DNA of 64,000 nucleotides from Dehalococcoidia bacterium (GCA_021157895.1 JAGGVQ010000006.1:80208-144207); one strand, 5' to 3'. Positions 16,358 to 25,552 are shown, numbered from the stretch's first letter. The notes: a model not told the origin generated them from the letters alone. Numbers and translations are program-made.

Positions 16358-19075
16358 TTGCTAAATGGGAAAAGATGGTATCAGTTGCCAATTGAAGAGG
16401 TTTTTGTAGCCTTACAGACAGGAAAGGTAGGGATTACCTCCGGTGAAGCGAGAGCCAGACTGGGAAAATATGGGTTTAATGAGATAGAGGTCAAGAAACG
16501 AGGGCCTCTCATCCGATTCCTATCACAGTTTAAGAATGCCTTACTCTATGTTCTTATGGCTGCTGCTGTCCTTTGTGCCCTTCTGGGTAAATTTACGGAT
16601 ATGTATGTTGTCATCGGTGTAGTTTTGGCTACTGTGGTAATTGGCTTTATTCAAGAGGGGAAGGCTGAATCCTCTTTGGAAGCTCTAAAAAAGATGCTAG
16701 TGCCAGAATGTACTGTGTTTAGAGATGGCGAGAGGAAAACTATAGCGGTACGAGAATTAGTCCCCGGTGATGTGGTTCTGCTTGAAGGAGGAGATAGAGT
16801 GCCGGCAGATTTGCGCCTATTCTTGGTAAAGAACCTGGGGGTTGATGAAGCGTCCCTCACTGGAGAATCGGTGCCAGTAGACAAGGATGTTGCCCCTATC
16901 TTGAGCCCTGACCTAGGTCCTGGGGAACAAGGGAATATGTGTTTCAGTGGGACCTTTGTTGGCCGTGGTCGTGGGCAGGGAGTTGTTGTAGAAACTGGAG
17001 AGCGGACAGAACTAGGTAGAATTGCCGGAATGATGAGGGAAACTAAAAGGGTTACCCCCCCAATAGTGAAGAAAATAGACACGTTCATCAAATTTGTGAT
17101 TATTGCCTGTGTCTCATTTGGCATCCTTAATCTTGTATTGGGAATAGTACTAGGATATGAGGTTGGTTATATGCTTATCGCTACGGCAGGAATGATTGTG
17201 GCAATGATACCAGAGGGGTTAGCAGCGGCGATAATTGCTGCTTTTGCTGTTGGTGCTATGTATATGGCACGCCGAAACGCACTTATAAGAAGGTTACCGG
17301 CAGCGGAAACTTTGGGTTGCACCACAGTTATATGCTCAGACAAGACGGGGACCCTCACCAAGGAGGAGATGACTGTAGTTAGAGTGTACTCTGGAGGTAA
17401 GGATTATCAAGTGAGTGGGGTTGGGTATGAGCCTAAAGGTGGATTTTTTCAAGGTAATGCCCCGGTGCAAGTGGATGGGGGGTTGGCTGAAACCTTAACC
17501 GCAGGCTACCTGTGCAACAACGCTGCTCTAATAGAGGGAGAAGATGGCTATACTATCGCAGGAGATTCTACTGAAGGAGCCTTGGTAGTCTCAGCAGCCA
17601 AAGCTGGCATTACTGAGAAGCTCTCTAAGTTAGATGAGTTGCCTTTCGAATCAGAGCAACAATATATGGCTACTCTACACCAGGGTGATGGGAAGAATAT
17701 TATCTACGTCAAGGGATCACCAGAGAGGGTCTTAGGGTTGTGCCAAGGCCAATTAATGGATGGAAGTATTGAGCCTTTAGCGAATGAGCAGATATTAAGT
17801 AAGGTGGAGGAGATGGCGGGGGATGCCCTGAGATTGATTGGCATGGCCTATAAATATGTAGACAAAGGAAAAACATCACTCACTGAAGAAGATATAAAGG
17901 ATCTGGTTTTCCTCGGAGTCCAAGGGATGATAGATCCACCCAGGGAAGAAGTAGTAGAGGCTATAAAGAAATGCAAGGCAGCAGGGATAAGGCCAGTAAT
18001 GATAACCGGGGACCATGTGCAGACAGCAAGAGCTGTTGCTGAGCAGTTAGGAATAGGCGTGGATAGGGAGAGAGCATTGACCGGAGAAGAATTATCAAGA
18101 ATGAGCGACGATGAGTTATATGAAGTGGTGGACAAGGTATCGGTATATGCCAGAGCTGCTCCAGAACACAAGTTCAGGATAACAAAGCAGTTACAGAGGA
18201 GGGGGAATATTGTCGCTATGACTGGAGATGGTGTGAATGATGCTCCAGCACTAAAGGCAGCCGACATAGGAATAGCTATGGGGATTAAAGGCACTGAGGT
18301 GAGTAAGGAAACTGCTGATATGGTCTTGACCGATGATAACTTTGCCAGCATAGTAGCAGCAGTGGAAGAGGGCAGGCATGTCTACACCAACATCTGGAAG
18401 GTTATCCTGTACTTGCTTCCTACTAATGGGGGGCAAGGTTTAGTAATGATAGGAGCGGTATTATTGTCGCCATTTATACCTGTTTTTGCCCTGCGTTTGC
18501 CTATAGAGCCGGTGCAGATCCTGTGGGTAAATTTGGTTATGGCTATAGCTTGTTCCATCCCTCTAATTTGGGAGCCTAAGGGTAAAAGGATACTTGAGAA
18601 ACCCCCACGTGACCCTAATGAAAGATTATTTAACCCCTTCTTTCTCTGGAGGGTGGGAATAGTATCTGTGATATCGGCAGCGGCAGTGTTTATTCTGTTT
18701 CTTGCTTTTGTCAATGCGATGGGTGGTGCAGAGAAAATGACTGATTTACAACTGACCCAAGCGCAAACGATAGCCTTTACCACTTTAATAATGGTGCAGC
18801 TCTTTTACCTTTTTACGGCCAGGTCAATAAATGAATCGGCATTTACCTTTAGTCCTTTCTCAAACAAGATGGTGCTCATTGGCGCCGCAGCAACTTTAGG
18901 ACTACAGCTTCTAATAGTCTATTCTTATCCTTTATTCGGCATTAGCCCATTTAGAACAGCTCCCTTTCCTCTACAGTGGTGGATACCTATAATTTTATTC
19001 TCACTCCTTGGCTTCTTTGCCATTGAGTTGGAGAAACTGTTGAGAAGACGATTGGGAAAGGAAGCCACTCTGTAA
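16358..19075 (+). CDS. cation-transporting P-type ATPase (type IIA, Ca2+/SERCA-like)
   Basis: Has DKTGTLT, TGES, MITGDH, TGDGVNDAPALK and about 10 TM segments. TTG start after GGAGATAGGTG. Confidence 0.9.
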   Translation: MLNGKRWYQLPIEEVFVALQTGKVGITSGEARARLGKYGFNEIEVKKRGPLIRFLSQFKNALLYVLMAAAVLCALLGKFTDMYVVIGVVLATVVIGFIQEGKAESSLEALKKMLVPECTVFRDGERKTIAVRELVPGDVVLLEGGDRVPADLRLFLVKNLGVDEASLTGESVPVDKDVAPILSPDLGPGEQGNMCFSGTFVGRGRGQGVVVETGERTELGRIAGMMRETKRVTPPIVKKIDTFIKFVIIACVSFGILNLVLGIVLGYEVGYMLIATAGMIVAMIPEGLAAAIIAAFAVGAMYMARRNALIRRLPAAETLGCTTVICSDKTGTLTKEEMTVVRVYSGGKDYQVSGVGYEPKGGFFQGNAPVQVDGGLAETLTAGYLCNNAALIEGEDGYTIAGDSTEGALVVSAAKAGITEKLSKLDELPFESEQQYMATLHQGDGKNIIYVKGSPERVLGLCQGQLMDGSIEPLANEQILSKVEEMAGDALRLIGMAYKYVDKGKTSLTEEDIKDLVFLGVQGMIDPPREEVVEAIKKCKAAGIRPVMITGDHVQTARAVAEQLGIGVDRERALTGEELSRMSDDELYEVVDKVSVYARAAPEHKFRITKQLQRRGNIVAMTGDGVNDAPALKAADIGIAMGIKGTEVSKETADMVLTDDNFASIVAAVEEGRHVYTNIWKVILYLLPTNGGQGLVMIGAVLLSPFIPVFALRLPIEPVQILWVNLVMAIACSIPLIWEPKGKRILEKPPRDPNERLFNPFFLWRVGIVSVISAAAVFILFLAFVNAMGGAEKMTDLQLTQAQTIAFTTLIMVQLFYLFTARSINESAFTFSPFSNKMVLIGAAATLGLQLLIVYSYPLFGISPFRTAPFPLQWWIPIILFSLLGFFAIELEKLLRRRLGKEATL

Positions 19076-19119
19076 AGTAGTTTATATAAGTTGACATGAA
19101 AATAAAGCGATTTATTACT

Positions 19120-19440
19120 GAATCACTCGCTATAGGGTATTATGGATATCAGTCTCTGTAGCTCAGGTGAATAAAGCTCCAGTTCACGGAGATGGCTCGG
19201 TTGCTCAAATTTGGCCCTATTCCAATAATAATTGCTGAGATTTGTACTGCCAATATTGGGGGGTTGGGGGGAGCAGTGCTCTATGTGTGGCGGCTCATCC
19301 AATATATAATTGTCGGTACTGCCTTTGGTTATACCTTTACTGACTTTGCTATCAACACTGGGCCTATTTTGTTTGGATAGGAGTGCTTGTGGCTTTAGGT
19401 TTCTTTTACCTTACCTGCCACAAAACCTTGGCTTCCTCCC
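19120..19440 (+). pseudogene. frameshifted remnant of an ArsB/NhaD (citrate transporter) family permease
   Basis: The 62-aa ORF 19192-19380 contains ...ANIGG...IIVGTAFGYTFTDFAINTGPI. The +1 frame restores ...CGGSSNI..., and permease-like hydrophobic sequence continues past stop codons on both sides. Confidence 0.45.
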
Positions 19441-19613
19441 AAAGTAGTTCGAATAACTCCTTTAAGCAATATGTCTTAAAACCATTGTTTACTCAACTCG
19501 TACAGCGAGTCAATTGTACCTTACTGTATAGGGAAAAACTACCCCTGATAGGATGAAATGCCTGTGAGAAGATAGACCATTTGGAGGGGAGTATTGCTGG
19601 AGGAATCCTGCAA

Positions 19614-20210
19614 TCAGGTTTTGAGTTGTTGTAATACTTGCCGTGCTTTCTTTGCTGCCTTGGCTCGATGACTGATTTTATTTTTTACTTCGGGGGGTAA
19701 CTCCGCCATGGTTTTTCCGAACTGGGGGAGGTAAAACACGGGGTCATAGCCAAATCCGCCTTGTCCACTTACCTCAAGGGAAATTATGCCTTGACATTCT
19801 CCATAGCATAGCTTTACAGGGGCTTTGGTTGTGGCTATAGCGATGACACATTTGAAGCGAGCACTTCGCTTGTTCCAAGGTATGCCAGCAAGTTTTGTTA
19901 AAAGAGCTTGTGTCTTGTCTGAATCGGAGGCGTGCTCACCAGCAAAGCGTGCTGAGTATATCCCTGGCTCGCCATGAAGAGCATCCACCTCGAGGCCAGA
20001 GTCATCTGCTAGGGTAGTTAGCCCACTTAGCTGAGCATAGGCAACAGCTTTTGTCTGGGCATTTTGTTTGTAACTGTTGCCCCTTTCCTCGACGTTCTCC
20101 TTTATTCCTTGTTCAGCTAGTGTTACTATGCGGTAGCCAATATCCCGTAAGAGCCAGCGATATTCAGCGGCCTTTCCTGAGTTAGAGGTGGCCAGGAGAA
20201 GTTCAGGTAT
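19614..20210 (-). CDS. rdgB: dITP/XTP pyrophosphatase (RdgB/HAM1 family); start codon unresolved
   Basis: The frame upstream of the ORF-track GTG (19988) encodes the conserved N-terminus ...PELLLATSNSGKAAEY...ADDSGLEVDALHGEPGIYSARFAG. No ATG, GTG or TTG lies in that 5' extension. Confidence 0.75.
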   Translation of the reverse strand: MPELLLATSNSGKAAEYRWLLRDIGYRIVTLAEQGIKENVEERGNSYKQNAQTKAVAYAQLSGLTTLADDSGLEVDALHGEPGIYSARFAGEHASDSDKTQALLTKLAGIPWNKRSARFKCVIAIATTKAPVKLCYGECQGIISLEVSGQGGFGYDPVFYLPQFGKTMAELPPEVKNKISHRAKAAKKARQVLQQLKT

Positions 20211-20215
20211 TTCAG

Positions 20216-21313
20216 CTAGTCTAGATCTTGAAATCGGGGAGCTAATTTTTTTCTTACCTCAGGCATCGTTGTATATTCCATGGCATCGAGAGGCAGGCGA
20301 TGAGGTTCAAATGGGCCCATGCGGCGCAGGATATCTGCGATATCATTTGCCTGTTCCCGTGCAGAGTCAAAGGCGGGATCATCAAATAGGTCATTGGCAC
20401 CGATGAGCTTGCCCTCCGCTAATTGAAATCCAGCAGCTATCACTCGTGGAGGTCCATCAAATCTCGTGGCTCTGGCGTTGCGGACGGAGACAGGCATTAT
20501 AGGACCATGGTGTGAGCCTCTCATCCAGCCTTCAACGATATGTGGTGTGGCGAACGGCTCCAGCACTTCGCCGACAGCAGGGAAAACGCCTTGTGATCTC
20601 ACGATGCAGACAGGGTCGTCTTTACCAACATATCTGCCAGCAATCAGCGATAATTTCTGAGTAGAGGCTGAGGCAGCGATTTCTCCTGTTTGTCTAGAGT
20701 AGACATTCTTGATGCAGTAGCGACCGGGAGAACCAATGAAAACCAGCATATCATAGGTATCCTCAGGAGTGTTGAAGGAGACCTTCTTATTCTCTAGGAT
20801 GTCATGCACCTCGAAGACAAAACCGGAGTGCATATTAGAGGCAATCACGAGCCCGATAGTGTTGAAGGGATCAGCGAATATCTTGTATAGGGGTAGGTTA
20901 AATGCACCTGAGGCTGTTTTATCTGCCATGAATATGATGATGGATTCGGCTTCACGCTCGGCTATTTGCATCTCAGCTACCCCAGGGCCTATTCCTCTTA
21001 TATTGCCCGAGAAGGCGTCTGTTAGAAGATCCTGTCCTGCTCCATGTAGCTTTAATTTTTTAGCCACAGCGGTACATTCGACAAATGTGTTCCAGGCTAA
21101 CTTGTGGATTTGTTCATTTTCTTGGCCTTTCTGGTGGGTCATTATCAGTTGCAGGTCATCACCGCAGGCGGTGACATAGTAATCAATAAGCAAGCCTTGC
21201 TGTTTGGCGTGCTCCATGCTTTCTTTTGCTTTGTCCAGCAAATCCGGGTGGCAAGAAGAATGCCCCACATAACCTCCCACATCTGCTTTGATAAGGCTTA
21301 ATGTTATATCCAT
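20216..21313 (-). CDS. fbp: fructose-1,6-bisphosphate aldolase/phosphatase (class V, archaeal type)
   Basis: N-terminus MDITLSLIKADVGGYVGHSS and a length of 365 aa are characteristic of the bifunctional FBP aldolase/phosphatase family. Confidence 0.85.
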   Translation of the reverse strand: MDITLSLIKADVGGYVGHSSCHPDLLDKAKESMEHAKQQGLLIDYYVTACGDDLQLIMTHQKGQENEQIHKLAWNTFVECTAVAKKLKLHGAGQDLLTDAFSGNIRGIGPGVAEMQIAEREAESIIIFMADKTASGAFNLPLYKIFADPFNTIGLVIASNMHSGFVFEVHDILENKKVSFNTPEDTYDMLVFIGSPGRYCIKNVYSRQTGEIAASASTQKLSLIAGRYVGKDDPVCIVRSQGVFPAVGEVLEPFATPHIVEGWMRGSHHGPIMPVSVRNARATRFDGPPRVIAAGFQLAEGKLIGANDLFDDPAFDSAREQANDIADILRRMGPFEPHRLPLDAMEYTTMPEVRKKLAPRFQDLD

Positions 21314-21331
21314 AATCTCCTCCTCTTACTC

Positions 21332-21907
21332 TTAGTAATCTATGCCCTTTCGTGCTGATATTCCCTGGTCATAGGGATGCTTAACTTTAGTCATATGAGT
21401 AACCAGATCAGCTAGGGCAATAAGAGAATCATCTGCATAACGCCCAGTGAGAACAAGTTCGATTTCCCTAGGCTTGTTTTTTATTAACTCCTGGACTTCG
21501 TTGAGATCAATCAAGCCCCATGCTGAAGCCACATTGATTTCATCTAAGATTATGATATCATACTTTTTGCTGAGCATTGCCTGTCTGGTGAAATTTAGTG
21601 CTTTTCGTGCTTCGTCTTTATCCGCTTGCGCAATGGTTTTAGGATTAACAAAATTTTTTCCCCCGGATCTCAGAATAGTTACGTCAGGGTTCTGAGATAG
21701 AGCTTCTATCTCACTTAGGGGCGAAGCCCCCTTCATAAAGTAGACGATAAATACTTTAAAACCCTGCCCAAGTGCCCGGAGCGCTATGCCTAAAGCAGCC
21801 GATGTTTTTCCTTTGCCATCACCGGTGAAGATCTCCACCAGTCCTTTTGATAGCACGCATGTAATATACAAGGAAAAGAATGAGGGGTCAAGAAAATTTG
21901 ATTCCAA
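21332..21907 (-). CDS. cobO: cob(I)yrinic acid a,c-diamide adenosyltransferase (CobO/BtuR type)
   Basis: GLVEIFTGDGKGKTSAALGIALRALG P-loop and IILDEIN. The true start may be an internal TTG or GTG (21871 or 21856). Confidence 0.8.
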   Translation of the reverse strand: MESNFLDPSFFSLYITCVLSKGLVEIFTGDGKGKTSAALGIALRALGQGFKVFIVYFMKGASPLSEIEALSQNPDVTILRSGGKNFVNPKTIAQADKDEARKALNFTRQAMLSKKYDIIILDEINVASAWGLIDLNEVQELIKNKPREIELVLTGRYADDSLIALADLVTHMTKVKHPYDQGISARKGIDY

Positions 21908-21972
21908 TGATGTATTGTTTTATATACTAGGAGAGCTTTACCTTTTCATGGTTTCTTGGTTAAATTAGCTTT

Positions 21973-22686
21973 ATGCTCGCTGGTATAGGGATCATAGTTG
22001 GGGCTTATCTCTTTGGATCTCTCCCTTACACGGTTGCCTTGGCTAGGGCATATGGACTGGATCCCTTGCAGGAAGAGGATTTGCATATTGCCTTGTGGCG
22101 CAAGATCGGAATACTCGAGGGGGCATCTGGAGTCGGAGTTGATCTTACTAAAGGGGTTGTTGTTATACTTGTTGGCTTTGGGTTTGGCTTGCCTATCGCC
22201 ATAGTTGCCCTGTCGGGGGTCGCCGTGGTGGTGGGGCAGATGTGGCCTGTTTTCACTCATTTTGATGGAGAGAAAGGCAATACCATAGGGATGGCTGTTT
22301 TGGCTATCTTGCTTTTGGCATATCAAGCTTATCCTGTGCTGCTCTCTTTCATTCCAATGGCTATAGGGGGGGGCATGAGGCTTGTTTCTGCTCTATATAG
22401 CCGCAAGGGGGCAGTGAAGGAACGAATCAGGTTTCATGCCACTGCTGATCCCGTTGCTTTGGGATTACCAGTAGGGATGATTATTGGTTTTGCCGTAGCG
22501 CCTCTCATTTCCTGGCTTTCTGGCCAGTTGTCTGCAATTACATTATCTCTTCTGCTCGTATTTCTGGCTATTCTTGTGCGGAGGTTGACTGCTGACCTGG
22601 GAGTTGACCTTAAGGATTTCCAGGACATCAAATTAGTGATGCTTAACCGCTTGCTGTTTGACTGCAGCTATTTAAGAAGAGCGTAG
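21973..22686 (+). CDS. PlsY-family membrane protein, divergent (GSGN-GATN motif absent)
   Basis: AYLFGSLPY..., VDLTKG and GQMWPVFTHFDGEKGNTIGMAV align by eye to PlsY motifs 1 and 3. Motif 2 is not present. Confidence 0.5.
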   Translation: MLAGIGIIVGAYLFGSLPYTVALARAYGLDPLQEEDLHIALWRKIGILEGASGVGVDLTKGVVVILVGFGFGLPIAIVALSGVAVVVGQMWPVFTHFDGEKGNTIGMAVLAILLLAYQAYPVLLSFIPMAIGGGMRLVSALYSRKGAVKERIRFHATADPVALGLPVGMIIGFAVAPLISWLSGQLSAITLSLLLVFLAILVRRLTADLGVDLKDFQDIKLVMLNRLLFDCSYLRRA

Positions 22687-22904
22687 CTTTGATATCCGTA
22701 GCATTTTGCTTCCAGAGAGAGGTTTATTTTCACTGTTCTGTGCCATATTTCCCTAGTGGCTATTATTTTTATGGCTGATGCTTATATCAACACTGGTTTA
22801 TATCAGCAACATCACCAGCAGCAAAAAAGTTGTACATCTCAATTTCTGAGTATTGGTCTGGCTTCGGTTGTCTTATTGTTATCCTGTCAATAAAGTGTTA
22901 CTTG

Positions 22905-22934
22905 TTGAAGTAGTTATGGGTTTACTGGTAATAT
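22905..22934 (+). promoter_or_regulatory. candidate promoter of the SRP RNA (TTGAAG-N18-TAATAT)
   Basis: The -10 box ends 7 nt before the predicted 5' end of the RNA. Confidence 0.35.
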
Positions 22935-22940
22935 CCTGCG

Positions 22941-23211
22941 TGGCCGTGCTAGGTGGGGAACCAGCGGTGCCCTGTACCCGAGATCCGCTATAGCGGGGCT
23001 GAATTCCTGCTTGAGGCTTTTTGACTTGTGGAGTTATTCTTGCCAAGCGATGTTGAAGGCTGAGTTCCATGCACTGGGAAACCATGAATCCCGTCAGGTC
23101 CGGAAGGAAGCAGCGGTAAATGGTATTTCTCAGGTGATGTGGAGTAGCTTGGCTGGAGTTGGCTGGTAAGGATGCACCATGAGATCGAAGTCGAGGGTAG
23201 GTGCACGGCCA
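22941..23211 (+). ncRNA. ffs: signal recognition particle RNA, long (Bacillus-type, with Alu domain)
   Basis: Domain IV motif GUCAGGUCCGGAAGGAAGCAGC at about 23091-23112. The Alu-domain 5' segment GCCGUGCUAGGUGGGGAACCAGCGGUGCCCUGUACC is present. The 5' UGGCCGUGC pairs with the 3' GCACGGCCA. Confidence 0.85.
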
Positions 23212-23250
23212 TATCAGTTTTCACTATCTTATCCCTTTATTGTGGACATA

Positions 23251-24084
23251 ATGTTATCTCAAGTAAAAAGTTTACTGCGTCAACATAAACTGGGAGCGAG
23301 AAAGGAACTAGGACAACATTTCCTTGTTGATGAGCAATGCATGGATAGCATTGTTGCTGCTGCTACACTTACCTCAGCGGATATTGTGGTTGAGGTTGGA
23401 GCAGGATTGGGGATGTTGACCAAGAAGCTGGTTGAGCAAGCCGGTAAGGTTGTTGCTGTAGAGATAGACTCAGGGTTTGTCAGCGTTCTCAGGAGGAATC
23501 TATCCTCTTTCTCCAACGTTGATATTCTCTGTGGTGATATTCTGGAGGTTGATTTGTCTCGATTTGTATCTGATAGTGCTGCGCAGAGTTATAAGGTTGT
23601 TGGTAATCTTCCTTATTGCATTGCCTCTCCGGTGTTACGTCATTTTCTGGAGCTTTCCTCAAAGCCTTCTCTTATGGTGGTAATGGTGCAGAGGGAGGTG
23701 GGGGAGGCTATCGTTGCAGATCATGGCAGATCGACCATACTCAGTACAAGTGTACAATTTTATAGTAAGCCCGCTGTGGTAACTTATGTGCCAGCGAAGA
23801 GTTTTTATCCTCCTCCTAGAGTGGATTCAGTTGTGCTGCGCCTTGAGGTTTACCGGGAACTGCCAATACAGGTGGCCGATATCTCGAGCTTCTTTCATGT
23901 GGTTAGAAGTGGCTTTAGTTCTCCTCGCAAGCAACTTCGCAATTCACTGGCGCGATCTTTGGGAATGTCTACTCATAATGTTGTCTTGTTGCTGGAGAAA
24001 TCTGGCATAGAACCTAGGCGCCGTGCAGAGACACTAACTTTGCAGGAATGGAGAAATTTGTGGAGTGTTCTCTATTCTGGCTAG
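23251..24084 (+). CDS. rsmA: 16S rRNA (adenine1518/1519-N6)-dimethyltransferase
   Basis: LGQHFLVD, the SAM motif VVEVGAGLGMLT, and GNLPYCIASP. I moved the start to 23251 (or GTG 23242) because the longer ORF overlaps the SRP RNA. Confidence 0.85.
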   Translation: MLSQVKSLLRQHKLGARKELGQHFLVDEQCMDSIVAAATLTSADIVVEVGAGLGMLTKKLVEQAGKVVAVEIDSGFVSVLRRNLSSFSNVDILCGDILEVDLSRFVSDSAAQSYKVVGNLPYCIASPVLRHFLELSSKPSLMVVMVQREVGEAIVADHGRSTILSTSVQFYSKPAVVTYVPAKSFYPPPRVDSVVLRLEVYRELPIQVADISSFFHVVRSGFSSPRKQLRNSLARSLGMSTHNVVLLLEKSGIEPRRRAETLTLQEWRNLWSVLYSG

Positions 24085-24093
24085 GAGGTTGTT

Positions 24094-24954
24094 ATGTTGA
24101 CTGTTTCTGCACCAGCTAAAATAAATCTTGTCCTTGAGGTGCTAGGCAAATATGATGCTAACTATCACCAAATTCTTAGTATACTACAAGCAATAGATCT
24201 TTGTGATATCCTCCATCTAGAGATTGCTGATGGTGTGTCTTTTCATTGTAGTGAACCTAGCTTGGAGCCTGACAATCTGGTTATGAAAGCTGCTGTATTG
24301 TTAAGACAGCGTACTGGATGTCGACAAGGAGTGAGGATTGGCCTCGACAAGCATATTCCTTGGGGGGTTGGTCTGGGAGGAGGCAGCAGTGATGCTGCCG
24401 CTGCTCTTGTGGCTCTCAATAAGCTATGGGGATTGAACCTCTCGGCCGCTGAGTTGGTAAAGGTTGGCTCTCAGCTAGGTTCAGATGTTCCCTTCTTTAT
24501 TTATGGCGGTACGGCTCTAGTGGCTGGTCGGGGAGAGGTGGTGACCCCATTGCATTCTTTTCCTACTGGTATTTTTATTTTATTAGTACCACCGCTGCCT
24601 AAGATTCCAGATAAAACGAGACAACTCTATGATAGACTGACTGCGGAGTGTTATTCCAGCGGACAGATTGTGAGGGAGGCTTTAGCGTATTGCTTGCAAG
24701 GGAGAAGTATTCCTCATCATCTCATGCACAATGCTTTTGAGGCTGTGGCGTTCAATGTTTTTCCTGAACTCAGGAAGTACGGAGATGTTATGGAGCAGAT
24801 CGGAGCTGAATGTGTTCACCTGGTTGGCTCTGGGTCGGCCCTTTTTACTGTGACTAAGAGCAAGAAGCAAGCAGGGAAGATACTTTTAGATATAAAAGCA
24901 CGAGGACTGGAATCTTATTTGGCATCAAGTTTTTCTGGGGATATGGAACAGTGA
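24094..24954 (+). CDS. ispE: 4-diphosphocytidyl-2-C-methyl-D-erythritol kinase
   Basis: SAPAKINLVLEV and the GHMP kinase motif PWGVGLGGGSSDAAA. Confidence 0.85.
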   Translation: MLTVSAPAKINLVLEVLGKYDANYHQILSILQAIDLCDILHLEIADGVSFHCSEPSLEPDNLVMKAAVLLRQRTGCRQGVRIGLDKHIPWGVGLGGGSSDAAAALVALNKLWGLNLSAAELVKVGSQLGSDVPFFIYGGTALVAGRGEVVTPLHSFPTGIFILLVPPLPKIPDKTRQLYDRLTAECYSSGQIVREALAYCLQGRSIPHHLMHNAFEAVAFNVFPELRKYGDVMEQIGAECVHLVGSGSALFTVTKSKKQAGKILLDIKARGLESYLASSFSGDMEQ

Positions 24955-24958
24955 CAGT

Positions 24959-25552
24959 ATGAACAGTAGCAGGAAGCGTTGGCTACGCGGCATAATTTTT
25001 ATGCTAGGCATGGTTGGATTGAGTGTTGCTCTGGCCTTGTTGCTAAAATCTTTCTGGCCTCACTTTGACGTTGAAAACGAGCAGTTTGCCTCTCTGGCAT
25101 ATCTGGTTGTTTTTGCCAGCACCTTGGTGGCCAATGCCACTATTATAGTCCCGGCTCCTGTGCATGCAGCTATGATGCTGGCAGCAGCCACAATTTGGAA
25201 TCCTATTATCATAGCTTTAGTAGCCAGTATAGGTGGAAGCTTGGGAGAACTAAGTGGATATTATGCTGGCAGGGTAGGGCAGAAGATAATACTTGGGACT
25301 TATCCCCTAGCTTATCTCGGCTATAGTCGGGTGGTAAGCTGGATGGATAAGCGTGGATTCCTAACAATATTCCTCTTTGCTTCCATTCCTATTCTTCCCT
25401 TCGATGTTGCTGGAGTTATTGCTGGGGGTGCGAGACTGCCGGTATGGAAGTTCTTGCTTCCCTGCTGGCTGGGTAAGTTCCTTAAATATGCTGTGTTTTG
25501 CTACGCCTTTAGTGTTGGCATTGTGTTGCTACCGGGTTGGATACAATCGTGA
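24959..25552 (+). CDS. DedA/VTT-domain (YqaA-like) membrane protein
   Basis: Multi-pass membrane protein with GGSLGELSGYYAGR and a following hydrophobic repeat, typical of SNARE-associated/DedA proteins. Confidence 0.5.
   Translation: MNSSRKRWLRGIIFMLGMVGLSVALALLLKSFWPHFDVENEQFASLAYLVVFASTLVANATIIVPAPVHAAMMLAAATIWNPIIIALVASIGGSLGELSGYYAGRVGQKIILGTYPLAYLGYSRVVSWMDKRGFLTIFLFASIPILPFDVAGVIAGGARLPVWKFLLPCWLGKFLKYAVFCYAFSVGIVLLPGWIQS

Noticed and set aside
16651-18783. Several 60-170-aa antisense ORFs inside the P-type ATPase gene
   Set aside because: The plus strand carries unambiguous P-type ATPase motifs across the whole span, so the antisense frames are shadow ORFs.
19192-19380. The 62-aa ORF as an intact small membrane protein
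   Set aside because: Its similarity to an internal segment of ArsB/NhaD permeases continues in other frames on both sides, which indicates a fragment of a larger disrupted gene.
23179-23250. N-terminal 24 codons of the 301-aa rsmA ORF, and the antisense ORFs 22879-23085 and 22988-23224
   Set aside because: They overlap the SRP RNA. The rsmA homology begins only at MLSQVKSLL (23251), so the extension and the antisense ORFs are read-through artefacts of the ORF finder.
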